A stretch of 61,756 bases of DNA, from NCBI GenBank assembly GCA_003009755.1, contig PXUB01000004.1:1-61756 (forward strand). Reading direction: 5' to 3'. The notes below the pieces were generated by a model. That model made no database searches, had not been told where the DNA came from, and saw only the letters and a program-made list of their open reading frames with translations. A program made the position numbers and the translations under genes. The stretch is from Thermoplasmatales archaeon SW_10_69_26. GTDB taxonomy: Archaea; Thermoplasmatota; SW-10-69-26. How positions within the stretch are numbered: the stretch's first letter is position 1; every line of letters begins with the position of its first letter. Of the stretch, positions 1-10,243 are shown in pieces.

Positions 1-110
1 GGCGGATCCTCGCGAGAGTCCGGATCTTCGATCCGGGCGAACCTTCGTCTCGGCTCCGCGCTTTCACCGCCTGAGGGCGGCGAGAGCCTAACCCAAGCAT
101 CGCCGGCAGT

Positions 111-1235
111 CTAGGGCGGGGTCCGCTCGACGAGGTCGCTCATGACCTCGGTGAACTCGCCCGTTTCCTCGTAGATGCGCAGCTGGCGGTCGGCGCCGGT
201 CTCGCCGCGCTGGACGATCTCCTCGATCGTGGCCATCTCCTCCTTGAGGCCCCGGTCCTGGACGACATCGTCGACGAGCGCGAGCGTGTCCTTGACGGCG
301 CTCTCGACGGACATCGTCTCGACCTCGCCATCGTCGCCGACGCGGATCAGATCGGCCTCGAGCCCGTCGCGGAGGGCCCGCCAGCGGTTCTCGTCGATGA
401 CCTCGGGGATGTGCTGGATCGGACGCTCCTCGCCCTGCTCGAAGTCCCGGGCCAGGCGCACGACGAGCGCCTGGGTGAGCGCGGCGACGGCGATCGATTC
501 GTCGACCGTCGTCGGCAGGTCCGGGATGCGCACCTCGACCGTACCGATATCGGGTCTCGGGCGCACGTCCCACCAGATCTTCGTGACGTCCTCGATCGAG
601 CCGCCGGCCGCGAGCGTGTCGAGGGCCGCCTGGAAGTCCGCGAAGCTCGAGAACTCGCGGGGGATCCCGGTGCGGGGCAGGGCGTCGAAGATGCGGACGC
701 GCGTGGATTTCAGCCCCGTGGAGACGCCGCGCCAGAAGGGGCTGTTCGAGGAGAGGGCGAGCAAGATCGGCAAGAACGGGCGCAGGCCGTTGTTGATGTA
801 GATGGCCTGGGGCGCGTTCTCGACGGCGACGTGCGTGTGCTGGCCGAAGATCAGCTCGCGCTTGGCCGGCCACTGCACGTCGTCGATCAGCTCGTCGTAG
901 CGCGGCCGGTCGGTGTAGTCCTGCTCCTCCCACAGCGCGAAGGGGTGCGTGCCGGCGGCGGCGATCGTGTAGCCCTTGTCGGCCATCGTGTCGATGAGGG
1001 CGCCGCGCAGCCGGCTGACGTCCTCGCGCAGCTCGTCGATGTCGGCGCAGATGTCCGAGGTCGTCTCGACGAGGGCTTGGAACAGCTCGCTTTGCAGGTT
1101 CTCCTCGATGCCGGGCCCGGCCTTGCCCATGACCTCGTCGATGCGGGACACGAGCTCGCCTGTCTCGGGGTCGAGGATCTGGAACTCCTCTTCGACCCCG
1201 AGCGTGAACGGCTCGCTGGAGCCGAACTCGGTCAT
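111..1235 (-). CDS. Carboxylate-amine ligase / glutamate--cysteine ligase family 2 (GCS2, YbdK-like)
   Basis: N-terminal FTLGVEEEFQ, AAGTHPF, FGQHTHV, SSNSPFW and WWDVRPRP..GTVEVR motifs; acidic composition matches the real genes in the window. Confidence 0.9.
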   Translation of the reverse strand: MTEFGSSEPFTLGVEEEFQILDPETGELVSRIDEVMGKAGPGIEENLQSELFQALVETTSDICADIDELREDVSRLRGALIDTMADKGYTIAAAGTHPFALWEEQDYTDRPRYDELIDDVQWPAKRELIFGQHTHVAVENAPQAIYINNGLRPFLPILLALSSNSPFWRGVSTGLKSTRVRIFDALPRTGIPREFSSFADFQAALDTLAAGGSIEDVTKIWWDVRPRPDIGTVEVRIPDLPTTVDESIAVAALTQALVVRLARDFEQGEERPIQHIPEVIDENRWRALRDGLEADLIRVGDDGEVETMSVESAVKDTLALVDDVVQDRGLKEEMATIEEIVQRGETGADRQLRIYEETGEFTEVMSDLVERTPP

Positions 1236-1416
1236 CGCCAGCCTCCTGCTCGTCGACGGCCGGCGGGCTCACCGCCGGTGCTCCGTCGGAGCTTGCTCAC
1301 ACCTCGCCATCGCCTCGCGTTGTTAAGTCTTCTTCCTCTTGGGACGGCCCGGTGGCCTCCCTGGACGAGAGGGGAGCGGGGCAACGCCTTTATCTTGCAA
1401 GGCTATCCCCCTGGTG

Positions 1417-2433
1417 ATGGGCCAGAACCTCGACATCGAGGAGTTGCGCCACGGGACCGACCTCGTGAAGCGAGGGTTCGCTCGGATGCAGAAGGGCGGC
1501 GTCGTCATGGACGTCACCACGCCCGAGGAAGCCCGCGTCGCCGAGGAGGCCGGCGCCGTGGCCGTCATGGCGCTCGAGCGCGTCCCGGCCGATCTCCGCG
1601 CCGAGGGCGGTGTCGCTCGCATGAGCTCCCCCGAGGTCATCGAGCAGATCCTCGACACCGTCACGATCCCCGTCATGGCCAAGGCCCGCATCGGCCACTC
1701 CGTCGAGGCACAGCTCCTCGAGGAGCTGGGCGTCGACATGATCGACGAGTCCGAGGTCCTCACGCCCGCCGACCCGTTCTTCCACATCGACAAGCAGGAC
1801 TTCGACGTCCCGTTCGTGTGCGGAGCCACGAACCTCGGCGAGGCCGTGCGCCGCATCTACGAGGGCGCGGCCATGATCCGCACGAAGGGCGAGGCGGGGA
1901 CCGGCAACATCGTCGAGGCCGTCCGCCACCGCCGCCTGATGCAGGACGCCATCGACCGGCTGGACGAGATGGGCAAGGACGAGCTGTACGAGCTGGCCGA
2001 GCACTACGCCGAACCGTTCCACCAGCTCCAGCACTCCGCCCGCGAGGAGCAGGGCCTCGAGCGCGAGGGCCAAGGCGAGGCCATCTTCGCCGGCGAGACC
2101 GGCGAGGAGATCACCGAGGGCCTCTTCGACGTCCTGGTCGAGATCCGTCGCGAGGGCCGGCTGCCGGTCGTGGACTTCGCCGCCGGCGGCATCGCGACAC
2201 CCGCCGACGCTTCGCTCATGATGCAGCTGGGCAACGACGGCGTCTTCGTCGGGTCCGGCATCTTCAAGAGCCAGGACCCCGAGCCGCGAGCCCGCGCCAT
2301 CGTCGAGGCGACGACGCACTTCGACGAGGCCGACCGGGTCGTCGACGTCTCCAAGGGCCTGGGTTCGGCCATGAGCGGCCAGAACGTCGAGGCGATGGAC
2401 GAAGAGGAGAAGCTGCAGGCCCGCGGCACCTGA
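1417..2433 (+). CDS. pdxS: Pyridoxal 5'-phosphate synthase lyase subunit
   Basis: [56 protein letters not shown] and [11 protein letters not shown] motifs; ATG at 1417 chosen, with a TTTATC box ~25 nt upstream. Confidence 0.96.
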   Translation: MGQNLDIEELRHGTDLVKRGFARMQKGGVVMDVTTPEEARVAEEAGAVAVMALERVPADLRAEGGVARMSSPEVIEQILDTVTIPVMAKARIGHSVEAQLLEELGVDMIDESEVLTPADPFFHIDKQDFDVPFVCGATNLGEAVRRIYEGAAMIRTKGEAGTGNIVEAVRHRRLMQDAIDRLDEMGKDELYELAEHYAEPFHQLQHSAREEQGLEREGQGEAIFAGETGEEITEGLFDVLVEIRREGRLPVVDFAAGGIATPADASLMMQLGNDGVFVGSGIFKSQDPEPRARAIVEATTHFDEADRVVDVSKGLGSAMSGQNVEAMDEEEKLQARGT

Positions 2434-2491
2434 ACGGGTGCATGTTCGGGCCGGGGAGGTCCTTTCTAGGCGTCCCCAGGGAGGGGCCGCC

Positions 2492-2806
2492 ATGCCCCCA
2501 GCCGCCGTCTGCGATGCCTGCGGTGCTCGCTCGACCCGCGGTGGCCGCGTCCGACGGTTCAACGAGCTCGGGCTCGGAGCCGAGAACCGGCGGAAGGCGA
2601 TCCACCTGTGCGAGGAATGCCTCCATCGGCGCCAGGAACGGCGATGGCATCTCGATCACGAGATGGGCCAGCGCGTGTTCGAGGCACTGCGCGGGCGCAC
2701 AAGCGCCTCCTCCCAGCGCTACAGCTACCTGATCGAGGCGGACGACCGCATCCACCTGATGCGGTTGCAGCCCTCCTGGGTCGACGATCACGCCGCCGAC
2801 ACGTAG
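2492..2806 (+). CDS. Small putative zinc-binding protein (CDAC...CEEC), paralog 1
   Basis: Two CxxC pairs; GGAGG upstream of ATG 2492; colinear similarity to the next ORF. Confidence 0.65.
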   Translation: MPPAAVCDACGARSTRGGRVRRFNELGLGAENRRKAIHLCEECLHRRQERRWHLDHEMGQRVFEALRGRTSASSQRYSYLIEADDRIHLMRLQPSWVDDHAADT

Positions 2807-2855
2807 ATGTGCGTGACCGGGCACCGTCTTGGGGGTGCCGGAGAGAACGAGGTGC

Positions 2856-3164
2856 ATGCAGCAGCGCTGCCTCACGCGTGGCAAGTCGGCCGGGGACGGG
2901 GAGACGATCGAGACGTTCACCGAGCTCGGGCTCGGCCCGCACGAGGACGGGGGCGACCTGCATCTGTGTCGGGACTGCCTGGGTCAGCGCCGAGCCACGG
3001 ACTGGCCGCCGGACACCCAGGTGACCAAGCGCGTGCTCAGCGTCCTCGAGAACGCCGCCAAGCGCCACCCCCAGGGACGGTACAGCTACCTGCGGGACAC
3101 CGAGGAGGGGGTCCATCTCGTGCGGCTCGACAACGAGTGGGCCCGCCGCCACGCCGAGCACTGA
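2856..3164 (+). CDS. Small putative zinc-binding protein, paralog 2
   Basis: Shares FxELGLG, HLCxxCL, W..D, RYSYL, HLxRL and W...HA with 2492-2806; GAGGTG upstream of ATG 2856. Confidence 0.65.
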   Translation: MQQRCLTRGKSAGDGETIETFTELGLGPHEDGGDLHLCRDCLGQRRATDWPPDTQVTKRVLSVLENAAKRHPQGRYSYLRDTEEGVHLVRLDNEWARRHAEH

Positions 3165-3239
3165 GCGCCCGAGCCCGGCTTCACCGCCACCCAGCACGGG
3201 GCGGGAAACCTTGACAACCTGGACGGCGATGGGTCGACG

Positions 3240-4883
3240 ATGCCGTCGGCCCGCTTGCCCCTCCTCGTGCTCGCGCTGGTGATCGTCCAACCGCTGGCCG
3301 GATGCGTCGGCACGGGCGGCGAGAACGTCTCGAACCGATCGGCTCCCACGGCCGATGGTGCGGCCGACGAGATCGCCTTCGAGCAGATCCACCACCCCGA
3401 CGAGATCCGCGAGCGCGTGACCGAGCTCGCCGACCGCGATCCCGTCGACGCCCAGCGGATCGGGACCACGCTGGAGGGCCGAGGGATCGACCTGGTCACG
3501 GTGGGCGAGGGCCCGATCGAGCTGTGGATCGTCGGCCGCCAGCACGGCGACGAGCCCACCGGCGGCGAAGCGATCCTGTTGGCGATCGAGGCGCTGACCG
3601 CCCCCGACGCCGAGCTGCCCTCGGATGCGCCGGAGGTCGTGGAGACCTTCCGCGAGCACCGCGATGAGCTGCGCGAACGCGTGACGTTCCACTTCGTCCC
3701 GGTCGGCAACCCGGACGGCGCGGCCGCCTACGAGCGCGGCACCGCGACCGGGGCCGACCCGAACCGGGACCACTTCGCCTTCGCCCACCCGTTCTCGCGA
3801 GCGCTGCGGGAGGCCTTCTGGGACCGCATGCCCGACGCCTGCCTGGACCTGCACAACATGGGCACCGGCGCCACCGACTTCGACGCCTACGGCGCCGAGG
3901 GTCCCTTGCTCGAGGCCGAGCCCTACGAGAGGGCCGTCGCCGACGCGAACCTCGCCGTGCGCGAGGTGGACGCCGCCGGCGGCAACGGCGGCGTCTACAA
4001 CGAGAACTACCGGTCGCCGGAGCCGGCCGACGATCAGCCGAACCCGACCGCCTTCCATCCCGGGACCCACGACGCTTTCTGCACCTCGCGGGGTGCCCCC
4101 GGCTGGACGCCGGAGGGCGCCATCGAGGGCGGCTCGAACGGCGCCGAGGACGACATCTTCGCCTGGTCGACCCGGCTGCACCAGGTCACGATCGCGGCCC
4201 ACGCGCTGCACTGGGCGGGCCTCTACGACGCCAGCGAGGCCGACGTCTGGAAGGCCGAGGGCGTGGCCGAGGCCACCACCGAGCACACGTTCACGCTCGA
4301 GGACCCCGGCGAGGTGACGTTGCAGACGGTCTGGCGGCAGGCCTCGACGCCTGGCGATCACAACGCCGCCCCGGTCCGGTTCACGGTGACGACGCCGGAG
4401 GGCGACACCCACGAGGGCCGCACCCCCCATCCCGAGGCCTGGACCAGCACCGTGCACCTCGAAGACGGCGAGCCCGGCGAGTACGAGCTGTCCATCACCG
4501 GTGCCTCGGACGCCCGCTACGAGGTGCGCGCCTACAGCGTCCCCGACCGGGCCCCGCTCGTGGAGGTCGACCGCCACGAGGATGGGTTGGCGGTGCAGGC
4601 CACCGGCGAGCGGTCGGTCCAGCTGCAGGTCTCGGACGTGTTCGCGCCGGCCGAGGTGGCCCCCGGCGACTTCGCGCCGACGGCGGAGGCGGTGCACGAG
4701 TTGAACGGGACGGTCGGCGAGCGCACGGTGGCCGAGTTCAGCCTCACGCTGGCGCCCGGCGAGACCGTGAGCCTGGCCGAGCCCGACCGCCTCGAGGCTC
4801 GGGGCCCCTACCACGTGACGGCCAGCGCCGGCGATCGCGTGCAGACCGTGGTCGAGGACGCGTTCAACCCGGCGCCGGACTGA
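3240..4883 (+). CDS. Lipoprotein, M14 zinc carboxypeptidase family, with C-terminal beta-sandwich domains
   Basis: LAGC lipobox; QHGDE (HxxE), NPDG, DPNRD and LDLH motifs. Confidence 0.8.
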   Translation: MPSARLPLLVLALVIVQPLAGCVGTGGENVSNRSAPTADGAADEIAFEQIHHPDEIRERVTELADRDPVDAQRIGTTLEGRGIDLVTVGEGPIELWIVGRQHGDEPTGGEAILLAIEALTAPDAELPSDAPEVVETFREHRDELRERVTFHFVPVGNPDGAAAYERGTATGADPNRDHFAFAHPFSRALREAFWDRMPDACLDLHNMGTGATDFDAYGAEGPLLEAEPYERAVADANLAVREVDAAGGNGGVYNENYRSPEPADDQPNPTAFHPGTHDAFCTSRGAPGWTPEGAIEGGSNGAEDDIFAWSTRLHQVTIAAHALHWAGLYDASEADVWKAEGVAEATTEHTFTLEDPGEVTLQTVWRQASTPGDHNAAPVRFTVTTPEGDTHEGRTPHPEAWTSTVHLEDGEPGEYELSITGASDARYEVRAYSVPDRAPLVEVDRHEDGLAVQATGERSVQLQVSDVFAPAEVAPGDFAPTAEAVHELNGTVGERTVAEFSLTLAPGETVSLAEPDRLEARGPYHVTASAGDRVQTVVEDAFNPAPD

Positions 4884-4898
4884 CGGCGGGGCTGGTGA

Positions 4899-5459
4899 TC
4901 AGATGCAGTTCGGAGTCAACCGGGGACGCTCCTCGGGCGCTTGGCCAGCCCCCTCCAACTGGGTCGAGACGTGATGGATGTTGTTCGCCGTCGCGTATTC
5001 GGGGAGAACACGTAGCTCCCAGGTGCCCGATCGGGGGTCCTGGAGGGTGACCCGCCGTTCTTCAGCCGGACGGCCCTCCTCCGTAGGACGGTGCGGGTCG
5101 GCCTCGGAGGGAGGGCTGACCTCGATCGTGGCGTACCCCGCGCCAGGCTGGGTTCCGTTCACGGCGGGCGCGGACACGGTGAAGGCCGCCCGCGTCGTTG
5201 CCTGGGGGACATCGATCACGAACTTCTCGCATCCCTCCGCGACGAGGACGCCGCCGTGGGTTGCCGTTCCCGCCCCCAGCGTGAACGTGACGGAATCGTG
5301 GGCTGAGGCGTTCCACGTCTCGGCTTCCCCACCCGCCTCCCCTCGAGGCTCGTTCGAGGGGGCAACCGGCTGTCCCCCGTCCCCGGTGATGCAACCGGCG
5401 GAAACGAGGAGGACAAATGTGAGGAAGAAGAAAGAGGAGAACGCAATCTTCGCCTTCAT
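4899..5459 (-). CDS. Hypothetical lipoprotein with a PPC-like beta-sandwich
   Basis: MKAKIAF..hydrophobic..SAGC signal; P.SGTWELRV motif. Confidence 0.6.
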   Translation of the reverse strand: MKAKIAFSSFFFLTFVLLVSAGCITGDGGQPVAPSNEPRGEAGGEAETWNASAHDSVTFTLGAGTATHGGVLVAEGCEKFVIDVPQATTRAAFTVSAPAVNGTQPGAGYATIEVSPPSEADPHRPTEEGRPAEERRVTLQDPRSGTWELRVLPEYATANNIHHVSTQLEGAGQAPEERPRLTPNCI

Positions 5460-5693
5460 GTCGAGGAACCTTCGCTCTGGATATGCTCCTCCTTGTGCAT
5501 AAAGGTGAGCTAGCGTTGCGAACCGGTTGGTCATCGATGGACGGTGGTCCCTGCTCGACCGCCGTAGCTGCCGGGAGGTCCGATTCCATCCTGTTTCTCT
5601 GGGGGAATCGCCAGCCTCCTCCAGGCCAGCCGCAGGGCGCCCCGGCCTGGCGACCCGGGGATCGACACAGCAACGCCCACCGCCGTCCTCGTC

Positions 5694-6044
5694 TCAGTAC
5701 TCGGGTGGGGCGTACACGCTGAGCAGCACCAGCTCCTCCTCGCCCACGCTTTTGACCCAGTGCTGGACGTCGGCCGGGATGTGGATCATGGTCCCCTCGG
5801 GGCAGGCCTTCTCGCGCGGGGGCTGATCGGGGCCATCGGCCCACAGGCGGACCTGGGCGGTGCCTTCGACGACGAAGGCCACCTGGTCGCTGTCTGGGTG
5901 CTCGTTGGGGCCGCCGGCCACGCGCCCGGGCTCGACGGTGTGCAGCACGGTCTGGGCCCGATCGGTAGCGTTCAGCACGTCGAAGAACCCGCCGCGGGCC
6001 TCCTCGATCGTCGTCCAAAGCTCCTCGTCGGTAGCCGAAGGCAT
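5694..6044 (-). CDS. Cupin domain protein
   Basis: EHPDSDQVAFVVEG and IHIPADVQHWV cupin motifs. Confidence 0.85.
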   Translation of the reverse strand: MPSATDEELWTTIEEARGGFFDVLNATDRAQTVLHTVEPGRVAGGPNEHPDSDQVAFVVEGTAQVRLWADGPDQPPREKACPEGTMIHIPADVQHWVKSVGEEELVLLSVYAPPEY

Positions 6045-6365
6045 CGCCGAGCCAAGCCAAGCACCGCGTTAAGACTCGCGGCCCCCGCCACGGTTGGATC
6101 GTCTCCGCCCGATCAATCGCTTGCTTCCTTCGGTCCCCTTGTTTCGGTTGTTTCGACTGGAACCGTTGGTTCGCTTGCGTTGCCTCCACCTCGCCAGTCA
6201 GCGCTTCCCTTGCTTCCTCTGTTTCAACTGGAACGGGTGCATCCGTTGGACCTTTTATCTCGGCCGTTGCCCGCCATGAAAGACGGCTCGACCCGCGGGG
6301 TCCTTCCCTCCACGGAGACGGGGCCGCGTTCCCGTGGGCAGGCGCTCTGTGCCGTCTCGAGCGCC

Positions 6366-6779
6366 TTATCCATCCCGCTCTGTGCTCTCCGTGTCCTGTT
6401 CTCCCATCTCGACGCCGGGCGTGCCCTCGAAGGCCCACTCGGTCTCGGTGTCCTCCTCGTCGCCGTAGTCGACCCGGTCGGGGTCCTCCAAGAGGTCGCC
6501 CTCGAAAGTGAACCCGTCCGAGAGCGTGATGTCGTAGGTGATCTGGCGACCGCCGGTCTCGAGCGGGATGTCGACGATCTCGTCGGCCTCCTCGATCGTC
6601 TCGCCCAGGCGCTGCTCCTCCCAGCGGGTCATCTCCTCGTCGACGTCCTCGAGCGCGGTCTGGATGACGAACAGCTCGCCGCCGCGCTCGAGCGTGAGGG
6701 AGACCTCGACGCCTGCGCCCAGCTCGGCCTCCCACCGGCTGTTCTCCTCGACGTCCTCCAGGCGTTCGCCCTCGATCAC
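6366..6779 (-). CDS. Acidic hypothetical protein
   Basis: Acidic C-terminal part of the 6366-7097 ORF; GTG start overlaps the upstream stop (GTGA coupling). Confidence 0.6.
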   Translation of the reverse strand: MIEGERLEDVEENSRWEAELGAGVEVSLTLERGGELFVIQTALEDVDEEMTRWEEQRLGETIEEADEIVDIPLETGGRQITYDITLSDGFTFEGDLLEDPDRVDYGDEEDTETEWAFEGTPGVEMGEQDTESTERDG

Positions 6780-7159
6780 GGTTGCCCCCCCGGCGTCTTG
6801 CGGCGGGCGGCCTCGAGCAGGCCCACGCCCAGCGCGATCGGGACAACGGCTTGGCCGATGGCGCGCGCGGCTCGGCCGCCGTCGCCGGTGGCGACGCCGC
6901 CGAAGGCCACGATGCCGCCGGCGACGATCATGACGGTCGCGGCGAACCCGAGCAACAGCGCCATCGTGGTGTCGCCTTGCTCGGGCTCGTCCTGCACGAT
7001 GTCGGCCCCGTGGGCCCGGCGATCCTCGCGGTAGCGTTCGAGGTCCTCGCGGTTGGCGAACGATCGCGTGCGGAGCGGCTCCAGGCAGTGCGGGCACGTG
7101 CGCTGGTCGGGGTCCTGGATCGACCCGGCGCAGCGCTGACAGGCCTGCAGGTCCGCCAT
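6776..7159 (-). CDS. Zinc-ribbon membrane protein
   Basis: CQRC...CPHC followed by two hydrophobic helices. Confidence 0.7.
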   Translation of the reverse strand: MADLQACQRCAGSIQDPDQRTCPHCLEPLRTRSFANREDLERYREDRRAHGADIVQDEPEQGDTTMALLLGFAATVMIVAGGIVAFGGVATGDGGRAARAIGQAVVPIALGVGLLEAARRKTPGGQP

Positions 7160-7256
7160 CGGGTCCCCATCGCGGTCACCAGGGTTTAACGGTTGGGCCG
7201 GGACCGACGAGGCTTGCCAGCGGTGCGTTTAGGTGGGGGGCCCTGATGGGGGCACG

Positions 7257-8321
7257 ATGTCCACGGACGAACGCGTCGTCGTGGCCGGGGCCGGGTTCGC
7301 AGGCGTGAACATCGCCAAGTCGCTCGCGGACGAGCGCGAGGTCGTCCTGGTCGCCCCCACCGATCAGTTCGTCTATCTGCCGATGATCCACGAGGTGCTC
7401 TCGGAGACCTCGCGCCCCGGCGACGTCTCGATCCCACTGGCCGATCTGGCCCCCCAGGCCGAGCACGTGCACGCCCGCGGCGAGCGGGTCGAGGGCGATC
7501 GGTTGATCACCGGCGACGGGGAGGAGCTGGCCTTCGACAAGCTCGTCGTCGCCATCGGGGCCCAGCCGGCCGACTTCGGGATCGAGGGCGTGGCCGAGCA
7601 CGGTCTCTCGATGTACAGCGTCGGCGACGCGATGCGGGCCAACGGCACCCTCAAGCAGGCCGCCGCCGAGGTCGAGGGCACCCTCGACGTGAACGTCGTG
7701 GGCGCCAGCTTCACCGGCGTCGAGGTCGCCGCCGAGATCGCCGACCTGCTCGACGACCACGACGTGGACCGCCGGGTCCAGCTCATCGAGGCCCGCGAGG
7801 GGATCTTCCCCCAGCAGTCCGAGAAGTTCCGACGGGGCGTCTGCGAGGGGCTCGAGCGCCTGGACCTGGACCTCGAGCTGGGTACGATGGTGGACGCGGT
7901 CACCGAGGACACCGTGCACGTGACCACGCCGGAGGGGGAGCGGGCGATCCCCAGCGACGTCACGTTCTGGTGCGCCGGCGTCGAGCCGCGATCGATCGAG
8001 AACGTGGATCAAAACGTCGACCGACGGCTGGTCTCCAACGGCCGGGAGGACGTGCTCGTGGCCGGCGACGCCGCCAGCTTCCCGGAGGACGTGCAGGTGC
8101 CCAAGCTGGCGCAGACGGCCGAGGACCAGGCTGACGTCGTCGTGCAGAACGTGTTGAACCCGGACGACCCGGTCCGCTACGATCCCCAGGTGCGGGGCTT
8201 GGTCGTCGCCATCGGGCAGGGCTACGCCGTGGCCGAGCTCGAGCACGGCCCCGTGTTCACGGGGCGGATCCCTTGGCACGTCAAGCGCAACCTGTACAAG
8301 GCCAAGATGACGCTGGCGTGA
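7257..8321 (+). CDS. NAD(P)/FAD-dependent oxidoreductase, type II NADH dehydrogenase-like
   Basis: VVVAGAGFAG, FDKLVVAIG, VVGASFTGVEVAAE, VAGDAA and PKLAQTA motifs. Confidence 0.85.
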   Translation: MSTDERVVVAGAGFAGVNIAKSLADEREVVLVAPTDQFVYLPMIHEVLSETSRPGDVSIPLADLAPQAEHVHARGERVEGDRLITGDGEELAFDKLVVAIGAQPADFGIEGVAEHGLSMYSVGDAMRANGTLKQAAAEVEGTLDVNVVGASFTGVEVAAEIADLLDDHDVDRRVQLIEAREGIFPQQSEKFRRGVCEGLERLDLDLELGTMVDAVTEDTVHVTTPEGERAIPSDVTFWCAGVEPRSIENVDQNVDRRLVSNGREDVLVAGDAASFPEDVQVPKLAQTAEDQADVVVQNVLNPDDPVRYDPQVRGLVVAIGQGYAVAELEHGPVFTGRIPWHVKRNLYKAKMTLA

Positions 8322-8912
8322 TCACCGCGGCGTGGGTGTGCCCTCGGACCCGGAGACCAGCCGCAGCGTGAGCGGGTAGCGGTACCGTCGGCCCTCGCTG
8401 GCCTTGATCGCTGCGACGATCGGCAACAAGAAGACACCGATGGCGAACACGATCGCGATCGGGACGATGGCGATCAGGCCGAGCCCGACGGTCGCGATGG
8501 TCAAGATGAGGGCCGCCAGGCCGCCGACGATCGTGTAGATGAGGACGGAGATCTGGAAGTTCAACGACTCGCGGGCCTGGTCGGCGACGAACGGGTGGTC
8601 CTCGCGCTTGACCAGCCACACGACGAGAGGGCCCAAGATCGGGGGCACGCCGACGAGCACGACCAAGCTGGCCAGGTGGGCGCCGGCGGCCCAGTTCGTG
8701 GCGTCTTGATCGCTCATCCCGCCCGGCCCGCCGCCGCGTGGGGCGTCGTCGGTCGGCGGCCGGCGGGTCCCCTGGCGGGCCTGCTCGTGGTCGGGCGAGG
8801 GCGCCTGCGGGGGCGAGGATCCCGCCGGTTCCTCCTCGGGTGGCCACGTCTCGATGTCCTCGTCGTCCGGCTGGGAGCCCCCTGGGTCCCCGCTTTCCCG
8901 TTCGGCGGTCAT
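8322..8912 (-). CDS. DUF4870-like (Tic20-like) membrane protein
   Basis: WAAGAHL, GPLVVWLVKR, QARESLNFQIS and YRYPLTLRLV signature. Confidence 0.85.
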   Translation of the reverse strand: MTAERESGDPGGSQPDDEDIETWPPEEEPAGSSPPQAPSPDHEQARQGTRRPPTDDAPRGGGPGGMSDQDATNWAAGAHLASLVVLVGVPPILGPLVVWLVKREDHPFVADQARESLNFQISVLIYTIVGGLAALILTIATVGLGLIAIVPIAIVFAIGVFLLPIVAAIKASEGRRYRYPLTLRLVSGSEGTPTPR

Positions 8913-8925
8913 CGCTGATGCACAG

Positions 8926-9108
8926 CTATGCGGACCGAAAACGGTTGCCCTCTCGGTTCACGAGCGAGACCACCTCGTCGCCGGGCCGTGGCGGAGGCCT
9001 CTCCTCGGTGTCGGTCCCTTGAAGCTCGTCGTCGGCGGCTTCCTCGCCTGCCCAGCCGGCGACGGCGATGGTGACGAGGACCAGCCCGACGAGCCAGGTC
9101 CAGCGCAT
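8926..9108 (-). pseudogene. Possible truncated or degenerate lipoprotein
   Basis: MRWTWLVGLVLVTIAVAGW-AGEEAADDE resembles a lipoprotein signal with the lipobox Cys replaced by Trp; the ORF ends after ~60 aa. Confidence 0.3.
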
Positions 9109-9161
9109 CGACCCACGAGAGTTCGTCTGTGGCATGAGGCGTTCGGGGGGCCCGGGGGGTC

Positions 9162-10016
9162 TCACGCGTCCGTCTGGATCCCGTACGCCTGGCGGGGCAC
9201 CTCGACGTGGATGCGTCGCCAGCTTTCATCGTCGATGAGGCCGGCCTCGTACAGCTGGTGGGTGCGGCGGGGGACCAGCTTGGGGCCAAGCACGGCGCCG
9301 GGCCGTGAGGGGTCGTCGAGGTAGTCGGTCTCCATCATGAACCGGTCGTCGTCCTCGAGCGCGGCCTCGAGGTTGTCCTCGCTGGCGATGATCGAGGGCA
9401 CGAGCCCGTGGTTGTCGTCCTCGTCGACGATCGGGGGCGAGAAGTGCTTGACGACCCGTGATCGGTCGAGCCCGGCTTCCTCGGCCCACTCGGCCCACTG
9501 GGCGAAGGTCTCCCGGTCGCCGGGTTCTGTGTGGAGGATGGCGGCCACGTCGTTCTCGGCGGCGATCTGCAGGCCCTCGCGGAACATCTCGTTCGCCGTC
9601 TCCCAGACGTCGTCGGGGACCTCGTAGTGCGGGCGGCCGATCTCGCCCAGCGCGACGACGCGGTCCCGCGAGAGCAGGTCCTCGGCGGCTTCGAGGCCGG
9701 CTTGGTAGGCCTCAGCAGCCTCATCGATGTCCCGGTCGCCGTCGAGGCTCTTCGTGAACTCGGCCGGGTGCGGACCCAGGCTGACGTAGGTTTCGACGTC
9801 GGTGACCTGCTCGGCCTCCTCGGCGAGCGTGATCGTTTGCTCCATGAGCCCGCGGTGACCCCCGACCGTGGTCGGGGGCAGGCCGTCGGCTGGCTTGTGG
9901 ATCACGACGAGGTGGGTGCCGCCGGCGCGCTCGAACTCCTTGACCGCCTCGACGCCTTTGCCGTCGGGGGACAGGTGCATATGATCGTCAAGGATCGGGA
10001 GCTCGGGAACGGACAT
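9162..10016 (-). CDS. TatD-family metal-dependent hydrolase (archaeal)
   Basis: DDHMHL, LGPHPAE, ALGEIGRPHY, ILHTE, VVKHF and METDYLDD..RPGAVLGP motifs. Confidence 0.9.
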   Translation of the reverse strand: MSVPELPILDDHMHLSPDGKGVEAVKEFERAGGTHLVVIHKPADGLPPTTVGGHRGLMEQTITLAEEAEQVTDVETYVSLGPHPAEFTKSLDGDRDIDEAAEAYQAGLEAAEDLLSRDRVVALGEIGRPHYEVPDDVWETANEMFREGLQIAAENDVAAILHTEPGDRETFAQWAEWAEEAGLDRSRVVKHFSPPIVDEDDNHGLVPSIIASEDNLEAALEDDDRFMMETDYLDDPSRPGAVLGPKLVPRRTHQLYEAGLIDDESWRRIHVEVPRQAYGIQTDA

Positions 10017-10243
10017 CGGGACCAGCGACACGCTCCCGGCTCTTGAGAGTACGGCCGACCGAGGACACCACCGAGGCCCTGCGAATGCGGAGGCCGCGTC
10101 CCCGGGCCCACCAGGTACGGCTCGGCCTCGGCAGAGCCCGACCGACGGCAACCACCGCCGAGGTCGGGCGGATCCGCGGGATCGGGCCCTTCGGCCGAGC
10201 TTCGCCCCATGACCGAAGACCCTGGAGATGGGTCAACACCCAG

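Noticed and set aside
1990-2140. Insertion of ~40 aa in PdxS relative to bacterial PdxS
   Set aside because: Longer PdxS of ~335 aa is, from memory, normal in several archaeal lineages; no intein motifs
6136-6234. Possible mini-CRISPR array
   Set aside because: Only two repeats with 5 mismatches, no leader and no cas genes in the window
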